A stretch of DNA of 64,000 nucleotides from Malacoraja senta. Taxonomy: Eukaryota. The stretch spans positions 2,048,001 through 2,112,000 of the forward strand of contig CM075997.1 of the NCBI GenBank assembly GCA_038087875.1, written 5' to 3'. The position numbers and the translations under genes were made by a program. The notes beneath the pieces were generated by a model that worked only from the letters and a program-made list of their open reading frames with translations, was not told the origin of the DNA and made no database searches. Every line of letters starts with the position of its first letter. The first letter of the stretch is position 1. Of this stretch, positions 1-12,500 are shown piece by piece.

Positions 1-321
1 TCAATTCTGGAAACAAATGATCTTAATAGTCGTTGCTTCCGTCTAGATTAAGGCATCAATTCGTTTTTGATTGTGGATCAAGAGCCAGAGCGCTGTTCCA
101 TACCTTAAGACTACTGCATGAAGGCCTCAGTCCATGCAGATAGTTATCATGTTTGTATCATTTGTTTTTGCATTGTGTATGAAATATTTTGTAATAGACA
201 AGGCTAAGATAACATGTTAATTAATTTAATATTTTTATTGCTCTAATACCGTTTCTTCTCCATTATCTGCTCACAAAAAAAAAAGTTTTCATTGTTATTA
301 ACAATTTTCTTCCTCTTTCAG

Positions 322-572
322 ATGATAAAAATGTAGAGCGAGAAGAAAGGTGTAAGCAGCTACCATTGATGCCAAACAAACCACCTGACTCTAAAACAGT
401 TGAGATAATATCCTACTGTGCATGGAACGAAAATCGTGTTAAGATAATTAAGCTGATCGCAGAATGTGCAATGGCTAAAAAACTTCCCTGTACCCAGCGG
501 TTAGACAAATATGAAATTCATGTGGAAAGAAGAGAAGGGACTTTGTTGTTTTCCCTAAGAAGCAGGTTGATT
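322..572 (+). CDS. MGA-like: MGA-like exon A (3' boundary unresolved; in-frame TGA at 573-575)
   Basis: Acceptor ttttcttcctctttcag ends at 321. Peptide VEIISYCAWNENRVKIIKLIAEC resembles the MGA segment EVISDC.WEEDRNKILSILSQH (recalled). Confidence 0.7.
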
Positions 573-3500
573 TGAGAGCAACCATCCAGAATTTCTCTGA
601 CTCGGAATGTGTATATGACAAGGCCAATGGTGCAAACTATGGTGATTGAAGCTGTGGTTGGCAAATCTGCTTTTAAACAAAACTGAATCATTTAATATCC
701 AAGGTGAGAGCTTCACTTTTTATACATTCCTTCCTGCAGCAATCAGTGGGATCTCTGATTGCCATGCCACCTAACAATGTGCAATGTTTAATTCAGTGAC
801 CTGGGTCAAAATTTGTTAAGACTGTCCTAACTGTAGGCCTTTTGAGTAAGGCCTTTCTTGAGCATTAGTGTTCTCTGGGGCTCATCATACATTTGATTAA
901 CAAGTTTTCAATTACTATATCATCTGGCTAGCACGTTGTGTGTCTTTCATCAATGGATTTAGTTTAGTTTATAGATACAGCGCGGAAACAGGCCCTTCGG
1001 CCCACTGAGTCCATGCCGACCAATGATCCCGCACATTAACACTATCCTACACACTCTAGGGGCAATTTACATTTATACCAAGCCAATTAACCTACAAACC
1101 TGTACGTCTTTGGAGTGTGGGAGGAAACCGAAGATCTCAGAGAAAACCCAGGTGTTTCACGGGGAGAAACGTACAAACTCCGTACAGACCACCCCGTAGT
1201 CCAGGATCGATCCGGGTCCCTGGCGCTGCAAGCAATGCAAGGCAGCAACTCTACTGCTGCACCCCGTGATACTGGTCCAATTTAGTTCGTGCAAATTACA
1301 AACTATAGCATTTTGTTCAGATGTCCCTCCATTATTAGGCTTCTGAACAGTCCTTCCATAAGCTACAGTTAGATTCACCTCTACCCCATTGCGGACATTG
1401 GACAGTCCATGGAACTGATGCGCGACAATGCTGAGAACTGTATTCGGCACTCTGTATCCTCTCCTTTGCTCCATCTATTGTACTTGAGTTTGTATTGACT
1501 GTATCTATGTCTGGTATATCTGGTCTGGATTACGTGCAAAACAAAGCTTTTCACTTTACCTTGGTACATGTGACAATAACAAGTTTGAACCTCATTGGAG
1601 ATCCAAATATATTCCAATACCACAGTAGAGCAGAGAGGTGTTCCTTCATTTAGTGAATGTGACAAGGTTCTGAGTAGTTGCAAAATAATGCAATACAGAT
1701 TTTGGAGAGGAAATTTGACAACAGCAAGTAGTATCGTGTTTGATTACGGAGATCCTTACTTGAGCATTGAACAGTGTGTGCATTGTAATAGGAAACCAGA
1801 GACAGGGGAGAGGGGTGTGTGGGCAGGCTGTGAAATGTTGTAGTAATGGAGGGGAGGGGAGGACGTCTCGAAAATCATTCCTTCCTTCACTGATAGCATA
1901 ATTCAGAAGATTAAATATTTATGTTTGTATCCACCAGTTTACCCATAACATGCTTAACCTGTTCCATAGCTGTGGAGAATGTTTTGTTTTTATGTTGCCA
2001 ATATCTTCATTGTGGAATAAAATCAGTGCCTTTACAGGACATTTATCGCAATGTTTTTGTAGTGTTTTGCAAGATTTGTGATTTGTATATTATGTTTTAG
2101 GCTTCCAAGAATAATTCCAACCAACCACCCGTCGAACAGATTAGTTCACCAGTTCACGTTGTGATGGATGTACAAAAAAATGCAGCGTCAACCGAAAAGT
2201 CCTCGGGTGTAACCAGTTGCACTGCCTCCCCACCCAATAGCGTGACTAGTAAGTAAATACTCTTGGTTCACTACCTGTATTTGAATGCCTTTCATCCTAT
2301 CTTTTCATAACAGTAATTTCAATTCAGGTGGTAGCTTTTTTAAGCAGAATGAAATCTCCAAAACATCTTTGAATGTACCTCATTAAACTGATTAATACTC
2401 TGAACATGCTTCAAAGTCTTCCTTCTACATTTGTGTAGACAGTAGCTCTATGATGTGCAAAAGTGTAATGGATTATTTTTCCATGTTACTGGCATTTGAT
2501 CTAGGATGCTACATCTAAGGTTATTGTGAAAAATAAAAGCCTACAGTTTAAGAGTCAAGGATAGAAGATTGACTTTCATTAAGTTGTTACTTGAATTTTT
2601 TCTTCTTCACTGTGATGCAGAACAGGATGATAGAGAAATAAATTTGCCTACTTATGGTCTGCTTGGTTTTTGTTTTTAAATTCTCTCATTTTATCGTTTG
2701 ATGGCAGAATTTTTAATAATGGACACAAGAAACTGCAGATGCTGGAATCTTGCGCAAAAAAGCAAAGTGCTGGAGAAACTCAGTGGGTTAGGCAGCATCT
2801 GTGGATGGAATGGACATATTACTTTATCTGACTCATAGTCAGAAGAATGTTCCTGACTCAACGTCATCTGTCCATTGCTTCCGCAGATGCTGCGTGATCC
2901 GCTGAGTTCCTCCAGCACTTTGTTTTTTGCTCAGTATTATATAATAGTTTGAGTGGAGAATTGCCCCTTCAGACATGTCTCCTTTTTACGCAATGAAGTA
3001 TTCTGGCACCTTCGATGCTGGGCTGGGAGATAAAAAGCAATGCAAGATGTTGCGGATGACACGAAGCTTGGGGGGCAGTGTTAGCTGTGAGGAGGATGCT
3101 AGGAGGCTGCAAGGTGACTTGGATAGGCTGGGTGAGTGGGCAAATGCATGGCAGATGCAGTATAATGTGGATAAATGTGAGGTTATCCACTGGTGGCAAA
3201 AACAGGAAAGTAGACTATTATCTAAATGGTGGCCGATTAGGAAAAGGGGAGATGCAACGAGACCTGGGTGTCATGGTACACCAGTCATTGAAAGTAGGCA
3301 TGCAGGTGCAGCAGGCAGTGAAGAAAGCGAATGGTATGTTAGCATTCATAGCAAAAGGATTTGAGTATAGGAACAGGGAGGTTCTACTGCAGTTGTACAA
3401 TGTCTTGGTGAGACCACACCTGGAGTATTGCGTACAGTTTTGGTCTCCAAATCTGAGGAAAGACATTCTTGCCATAGAGGGAGTACAGAGAAGGTTCACC

Positions 3501-6500
3501 AGATTGATTCCTGGGATGTCAGGATTTTCATATGAAGAAAGACTGGATAGACTCAGCTTGTACTCGCTTGAATTTAGAAGATTGAGGGGGGATCTTATAG
3601 AAACCTACAAAATTCTTAAGGGGTTGGACAGGCTAGATGCAGGAAGATTGTTTCCGATGTTGGGGAAGTCCAGGACAAGGGGTCACAGTTTAAGGATTAA
3701 GGGGAAATCCTTTAGGACACAGAGGAGAAAAACATTTTTCACACAGAGAGTGGTGAATCTCTGGAACTCTCTGCCACAGAAGGTAGTTGAGGCCAGTTCA
3801 TTGGCTATATTTAAGAGGGAGTTAGATGTGGCCCTTGTGGCTAAAGGGATCAGGGGGTATGGAGAGAAGGCAGGTACAGGATACTGAGTTGGATGATCAG
3901 CCATGATCATATTGAATGGCGGTGCAGGCTCGAAGGGCCGAATGGCCTACTCCTGCACCTATTTTCTATATTTCTCTGGTCCTTGAACAAGCATGATTGG
4001 CAGATCAATTCTTCTCTCCTCCTGTATATTTGCTTTCTCATTTGAGCAATTTCCTCTGTTTAATTAATCACATCATGCTGCTAACATCTGAATATCAGTA
4101 TTGAATCAGTTACATAATACATGAAACAAGCCCATAACATGTAATATAATCTTTAGTACCAGCAAATTAATGTAAATGTTTGTATACAGTAATTAGAAAC
4201 TTCACTTTCATATTTCATCTTTTCTGCAGCAGAAGATAAAGCTCAATCACTTCCCGTGTCGATAGACCAGAAAAAGGAAGATGTCTTCATTGCAACTACT
4301 GACGCTACGGTGAAAAATGTTCCCAAAGCCCCCTCTTCTAGTAAACCTGCTGTCACTACATTCCAGAAAATTGGGGCTTTGAGTAAAGTGATAACCAGAA
4401 CAACTCTAACACCTACTTCAAGCTGCTTTGTGAATCCCGTTGCATCACAAAATAAAACTGAAACCTCATCTACTCCAATCCGTTACCTTTTGTGTAAGAC
4501 CAATTCTTCTGGATTGTCTTTAGGTAGGCTTGATATTCATGATTTCTAATCATATTTGCTATCATGTAATCTATTAATGTGTTATTTGTTCTATATGCTA
4601 ACTTTAAAGTCCGACTCGTGCAAAACTAACAAAAGATATGGCATGTAGAGGAATAAGAGGCTTTCAGATGGGCACATGGAAGTGCAAGAAATAGAGGAAT
4701 AAGGATCATGTACAGGCAGATGAGATCAGCTTAACTTGGCATCACGTTCGACACAAACATTGTGGGCTGAAGGGCTCATTGCTGTGCTGTACTGTTCTAA
4801 GTCCTATAAGTGTTTGGGTATTTCTAATTCTCAATCAAAAACACCATGAAACCTATCTAAAGAATCTTGAGTTCATATAGACATGCTAATTTGGCCACAA
4901 CATGATGTGATCCTTGCATTAAATTGGTGATCTAGATTTTGTCAGAGGAATAACGGCTAACCTTCTGATAGTTTCCATTACTTCCCACATGAAATGGCAA
5001 CGTTTGGGATTTTATGTGTATCTAAACTTAAAACTATTTTTCAAAAGTTTCTGATGGTTATTTTGCTATATGCAGCCAACTCCTATAAAACAAGAACAAT
5101 TAGTTAAATCAGCATGAATTTCATTTTTTAGAAAGCAGCCCTGCTATTACATATACCAACAATTTTGATGCATGATGTTCGCTTTTAATAGCATGTTATT
5201 TTGTAATTGCTGTACAGAAGATGTAGCAACAGAATATTTTTTCACGTCTAGTGTTCTCAAGTTCATAAGTGATAGGAGCAGAATTAGGCTATTCGGCCCA
5301 TCAATGGCCCTCTGCCATTCTATCATGAGATCTATCTATCTCTCCTAACTAAATTCTTGGGCCTTCTCCCCATATCCCTGACACCTGTACGAAAATATCT
5401 AATGAGTAATTTGAATAGTAGTGACTTTTTTAATAAACATTTGTAATATTGCACATGACCTTAGTTTTATGCAATTCTTTTTAGTACGTTGGATACTATT
5501 TCTTGTTTCCTGGCTCTGAGAATTTTTTGATATAATTGGCTGGTCATTTTACCAATTTTTGGCCACACTGATCCATTTGAACACTATATACGCATGTCCC
5601 AAAGCAAAATAGTGCAGTGTTGGAACTCAAATAAAAACATACACTACGGATTAGGGAACATCTGGGGCAAAATAAATAATTGACATTTCAGATTGATGAT
5701 TGTTAATCTCAAACTCACTGTGTGCATCTTTCACTGTTGTATTGATTTTGAATGATATATGACTTTTCTGAGTCTTGAATTAAAAGGAACTAAAATGCTC
5801 TGACATTGATTTCACTATCATAACCTTGAAAATGCATTGGCATGAGTAGGAAAAAGTTGCTGAAGAATCTTTTTTCCTTAGAAGATGTCTACCTTGGTAA
5901 ATTACGTGAATTGGTGGCTTCTCCTGTAGTTTTTTAAAAATGTTTCACCTTTCTGTTAGGACCAACTGACTCTCTTGATCAAGATGGCCGACAGTGCTCC
6001 GTCGCCCTCCCAAGCACCTTGAAGCTACAGCCAGGAGAAAATCTAATGCTTCGGCCTGTCAAGTCTGCAGATGGCCGACAGTTATATAAACACTCCAGTG
6101 GGAAAGTATTCCAACTAGTTTACACCAAGCCTCCAGGACGAGTCCCAGTTCAACAGCCTGACAACCCTCAATCATCCATTCTAGGTATGTAATGTAGATA
6201 TGCGCAGAATATTCAGTACTAGAAATGACTATTCGTGCTGGAGTTACTGAGTGGTCAGGCAGCAGCCCTGAAGAACATGGATAGGTGGCATTTTGGGTCG
6301 GGACCTTTCTTGAGTCTGAAGAAGCGTCCCGACCCGAAATGTCACTTATCTGTGTTCTCCAGAGAAGCTGTCTGATCTACTGAGTTACTCCAGCAATTTG
6401 TATCTCTTTTTGTATAAAATAGCATCTGCAGTTCCTTGTATCTCCAGAATATTTAGTTCTGCTGAGTTGTATTTGGTACTCAAAGTCTATCTAGGTAACC

Positions 6501-9500
6501 CCCTTACTATAATAATTAGGGACAAGCTATGATTGTCCAAAGTATGATATCAGAATAGTACACCTTGATATTTTTTAACCACCAAACTAGCATATTGGGA
6601 GATTACAGCCATAGAATATCATGCAGGGAATAATATAGGGAAGGTTCTTAATGTCTTATTGTGTAAATGCATTATAGGTATGGAATACCTGATAAGTCTA
6701 GGTGCAGTGAAGTCAGCATAAAGGTACTACTCGTGATTAATTATAAGATCCCTTGAGGAAAAAAGTGATAGATACAAGGGACTGCAGATGCTGGTTTACA
6801 AAAAAAAGACACAAAGTGCTGGAGTAAGTCAGCAGGCCAGACAGCATCTCTGGATGACCTCCCCCCCCCCCCCCCCCCCCCAAAGTAATTTTTTAAAATG
6901 CCTGGCACCTTCAAGCTTATGAACATTTCATAGTTGCTGGGGAATCTTAGATCTTTACCTAATTGTTCTTTTTAACTGCTGATTTAATTGTAATTTGATA
7001 GTATGTTTGCGATTTTACAACGTGGTTCACAATGCATTACCTCACAAATCAAAGATCCAAAGATTGGTCTAACTTCCAGCAACGGGGTGAATTGCGAATT
7101 ATTACTTTGAATGAAAGTTTTGTTGGAGCACATCAGTTGCCAAACAGAATGGCCTTTCATCTTTTTTGAGGATTTCACATGCAGTGTGTCCTTTTGTATG
7201 ATGGTTGCAGTTTAATTGTTTATTTAAATAATACTTTGACCATTGCCATAAAGTCTAGACAGAATTGTTGAAGATTAGTATTGTTTTAATTCCAGGAAGC
7301 TCTCCACCGGTCGATGTGCTTGCTCCTTCTACTGCTGCTGTCAAAGGTGATGGTAACACTCCTCGTTGTAAAACGGCTGCTACAAGTTCCGAATCGTACA
7401 CTAAAAACAGTGTGGAAAGCAGTGCTGGGACAGGTTTATCCACCTCTTTATCTCCGTGTGACATTGTCACCCGTGATGCAGTAACGCCACAAATTCAGAG
7501 CAGCTCTAAAGCTTGGAAAATGGTGGATGAAGTTTCCTCACTCCAATCACTACATCCCTTTCCAGAAGACACCACAACCGAGGTCAGACAACACAACAGA
7601 CCATATACTACCATTCCTAGGGCTGATTGCCAGTCCAAACCAAATAGTGATGAATTAAACAATGATACACCTGACTTAAAAATGGAAATGGATCCATTGA
7701 AATTACCTGAGCCAGAAGAATACAATGAAAGCACTGGTACTGTCGAAGGTTTTCCTATGAAAAATAGAGGCATTACTGTCACTGGAACTTATGAAACAAA
7801 ATGGGCACCTGAGATCAGTGAATTTGAGGAGCATCACAAAAGCACTGATCACGCATTACAATTTAAATGTGACCTTGATGTCCGCAACTCCAGAAAACCC
7901 CCTCGTTAAGATGGAAAAGGAGGTGTCGGAAATAAATTCCTGTGAGCTGGTTGATCCTGACAGCTCTGAAATATGTGCCGTGACGGTAAAAGAGGAACCT
8001 TTGAATGAAGAGGAAGGCAATAGTTTTACCACGTTAAGAGAAGATACGTTTAGAAGCTCCAAGCTCTGGAACCGATCATTCAATTTAAATACAGAAGCTG
8101 TGACTGAGGCAGAATTGGGGGTAGAGGTATGTATAGATGAATAAATAATTCTGAAGAAACAAATTATTTTTACCAGACATTGGCTTTGCCATCATGGCAA
8201 TGGAAATGAAGCTGGAAAACTAAATAGATTAAGGATTATATTTCTGTGGCAATGCCTTTGACTAAAAATTAAGTGCTTGTTCCACACGAAATAGTTGTGG
8301 ATATTTAGGTAAAAAATATTTTCAGTTTAGTGGTGGTTAAACAAATGTTGTCAAGCACACATCTACTCAATGGAGAGTTCTTTCCCTCACCCATTGGGGG
8401 GGGGGGGGGGGGGGGTTGGTTGGAGCTTATTAGAAGGTTATATGTTTTTTTTAAACCTCCTAGCCTGATTCCATTTTTGTTTGGTCCCCATTCAAGTCAA
8501 CTCAAGAGAGTTTATTGTCATGTGTCCCAGATAGGACAATGAAATTCTTGCTTGCTGCAGCACAACAGAATATTGTAGGCATAAATACAGATCAGATCAG
8601 TGTGTCCATAGACCATTAAAAAAAAAACACACACACACACTCACTCATTCACACTCTCTCTCTCTCTCTCTCTCTGTTATAATTGGGAGTTTGTTTGAAG
8701 TTGTGTTTAATAGTCTGATGGCTGTGGGGAAGAAGCTGTTCCTGAACCTGGATGTTGCAGATTTCAGCCTCCTGTACCTTCTACCTGATGGCAGCGGAGA
8801 GATGAGTGTGTGGCCAGGATGGTGTTGGTCCTTGATGATGCTGCCAGCCTTTTTGAGGCAGCGACTGCGATAAATCCCCTTGATGGTAGGGACGTCAGAG
8901 CTGATGATGGAGATGTAAAGTTTGGTCCCCACACCAATTCCTGTTCTCTTTGAGCAATCATCAGCAACTTCTGTGACTGAGACATTTTCAAGCTCATTAA
9001 ATAAGGAGACATGCCAGAGCAAGGATGTGGCAGTTAGTTAGTCAGAGTAGCCCAAGCATGAGCTTCGGATAAATATACGATGCACTTCATTTACTGAGAA
9101 GAATCAGTAACTTTTGTGGGTTTACCAGTAGGCTGAAGCACTTGGATGGCTTTATTTAGCATTTTAGATTGGTTTTGTCAGTTTGGGGGAGGTAGCATGT
9201 TGTGATATGGCTATTAATGAAAATGTACGTTTTTTTCGTGGGGCATTTTGCATTCAGTCAACTAAATTCATTCAGGTAGGAAGTGAAGTTGGTGAGAACG
9301 GGAGAGAATTATAAATAATTGTATCTTGGAGGATGGATGTCCTCTCACAAAATAAGAAGACATTTCAAGCAACTTAGATGGTGAAGTTGGCAGACATTTA
9401 CCACCTAAATCAGGAGAACTGCCAGTTTTTTTCTTTTCCCTAAATGCTTGAATCTGTTTGTCATGTGCTAGATTAGCCAGGACCTGATCACTGCAATGTC

Positions 9501-12500
9501 CCACTCCCAATTCCTTGGGCGGTAGAAACTCCTTCAGTGCAGATCCTGAGGAGATCTATACTTGGCTTACTCATTTCAAAAGATCTTCCACAATGCCCCA
9601 TCTCAGAAGATGCTGTTAAACTTGATGAACTGTTAGCAGAATCGCTGGGGAAATATCTGTTTCAAATGATGCTGCGACTAGTTTTAAGTTGAGATGTCTT
9701 GCAAGCATTTGCCATTTTGAAGAATGTCTTCCATCCATCTAGGTATTTGTTTTTTCTGCCACATCTATAACTACTGTGAGTTATTCTTTCCCTGGTAGAC
9801 AAAAGTGCTGGAGAAACTCAGCGGGTGCAGCAGCATCTATGGAGCGAAGGAAATGGGCAACGTTTCGACCCGAAACGTTGCCTATTTCCTTCGCTCCATA
9901 GATGCTGCTACACCCGCTGAGTTTCTCCAGCACTTTTGTCTACCTTCGATTTTCCAGCATCTGCAGTTCCTTCTTAAACAGTTATTCTTTCCCTTGCAGA
10001 CTCATTCCAATAGTAGAAGTAGGGTTGGATTTGGAAATCTGATGTCCAAATCAGCGACACCACGAAATTCATCAACTGACAGTAAACTGGATGTGCCACA
10101 CAGGTCAGTAACAGTAAGGAGCAATGAAAGTTCCAACTTCTATCTCTATTATACTAAAACTCTTCCCTTTGTTCTTAAGATTCTAAATGTCTGTGTGAGC
10201 CAGGGTTGTGTTGGCTTTCTTTTAACTCCTTAATTTGTATCTTCTTCCAAACGCTTGGCCACAGTCTTCCCATTTTCACACATGCTACTCACATTTTCTC
10301 TGCCGACAGGATACATGTCTACCCGTCGCATTTCAACCTAACTTTAACAAACTACAAACTTTTTAAAAACAGCTTCAAAATATTAAAGTTTTCAACGTTC
10401 TCATTTAGAAGGAAAAAATTCCGACTGACATCACAATCGACTCCCAAGTCACGGCGGGACACTCCGCGCGGGAGGGGCACTCAAGCGCACAAAACAAAAC
10501 AAAATTTGACTGGCGTCAGAACGGGGCACTCAGCGCGGGGAGGGGCACTCATGCGCTTCAAACACACAAAAAATCCGACTGCTGTCAGAACGGGATGCTC
10601 CATGCGGGAGGGGCACTCAAGCGCTCAAAACACACAAAAAAAATCAATGCACTCGCAAGTCGGGTCCTCGGGTCGATGCCCGCCCGCCCGCAACCTCGCT
10701 CGGGTCCACGCGCACCCGCTGCCTGGTGGGGAGGCTGTTGCCGTGAGCCGAGCCCGGCGACTGGGCCAGGGCTGGACCGGACCAGAGGCTGGAGCTGGAG
10801 TGAGGGCCGAGCTTGGGATGGGGCCGTGACCGGCGCCAAAAAAGAAGCCGCTGGTGGAACCAAGGACTAGCCGGGGTCAGGGACGAGCCCGGAGATGAAG
10901 TCGGGGCCTGCCTGGAGATTAAGTCGGGGCCTCGACTGGAGACCATGTGGCGGCCGAGCTGACGGCTGAAGTCTACAGCCAGGGCCGGGCTGAGTACGAG
11001 AACCAGGCCGAGTTCCAGGCCCTGGCGCTGCTCTACGACCTGGGTAGGTGCTGCGGCAGGGAATGGGAGTGAGGAGGATGAGGGAAATGAGGAGATGGGA
11101 GATAGGGTGGTGCCCTACCCCCCTCCCTCTCTGCCCCACTCCCTCTAACCTCACTCTCTACTCCCCTCCCTTTCCCTCTCTACCCTCTCCCACTCTACCC
11201 CCGCCTCTGCCCCCGGCCCTCTCTACCTCCTCCCCCTCCCTCTCTACCCCCTCCCCCTCCCTACCTTCTCCCCCTCCCATTCTACCCCCCTCCCTTTCTA
11301 CTCCCCTCTTTCTCTGCCTCCCACCCACCGTTCTCTGTCTGCCCCCCCCCCTCCCATTGTTCTCTGCCCCCCTTCCCCTCTCTAGGAAGTGGTGAGTATT
11401 GGGACCTATGGGTGAGTGGTGGAGTATTGCGTTCGGGTACCAGCCCTCCCCTGTGACGCCGCGCTTCCTCCCCCCACACCCCTCAATCTCTACTCCCTCT
11501 CCTACTCTACCCCTCTACACTCCCTCTCTACCCTCTCCCTCGCCTAGCCGCGCCAGCCCGCGGCCCGGTGGGGAGGCTGCTGCCACGTGCCGAGCCAGGT
11601 GGCACGGCCCGGGCTTGAGCAGAGCCTGGAGCTGGAGTGAGGGCCGAGCCTGGGGCTTGGTATGGGGCCGTAACCGGCGCCGAAAAAGAAGCCGCTGGTG
11701 GAACCCAGGACGAGCCCGGAGATGAAGTCGGGGCCTGGACTGGAGACCACGCAGCAGCCAAGCTGACGGCTGCAGTCTACTGCCAGGGCCGGGCTGAGTA
11801 TGAGAACCAGGCCGAGTTCCAGGCCCTGGCACTGCTCTACGACCTCTCTCTCTGCGTCTGTATCTGCCTCTCCCTCTCTGCCTCTCTCTCTCTCTCTGCC
11901 TCTCTCTCTCTCTCTCTGCCTCTATCTCTCTCTCTCTCTCTGCCTCTCTCTCTGCCTCTCTCTCTCTGCCTCTCTCTCACACTGCCTCTTTCTCTACCTC
12001 TCTCTCTCTGCCTCTCTCTCTCTCTCTGCCTCTCTCTCTCTCTCCCTGCCCCCTCCTTCTCTCTCTGCCCCTCCCTCTCTCTGCCCTCCCCTCTCTCTGC
12101 CCCCTCTCTCTCTGCCCCCCTCTCTCTCTGCCCCCCTCACTCTCTGCCCCCTCCCTCTCTGCCCCCCCTCCCCTCCCTCTCTGCCCCCCCTCCCTCTCTG
12201 CCCCCCCTCCCTCCCTCTCTGCCCCCCTCCCTCTCGGTTCCACCGGTTCCCATTTGGTCTAGTCTATTATAAAGAGCAGTCTAGCGAAAGTAAACCTGAA
12301 GCAATGTTTCGGCCTAGGACAGGTATCAGGATTTGTAATGGGTATAGATGTATTTACATGTGGCCTGAAAGGATTTCCAGACTATTGAGTACATTGAAGA
12401 GGGAGCCAGATGTTGTAATGATGTTAGTGGAGTTGTATTCCACAAAGATGCAACTAAATGGGATGAAAAGTCTCATCAAAATAATCTATCATGTGTAATC

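Noticed and set aside
573..575. TGA as selenocysteine or programmed readthrough
   Set aside because: No SECIS was identified and MGA is not a known selenoprotein family. An error or mutation is simpler.
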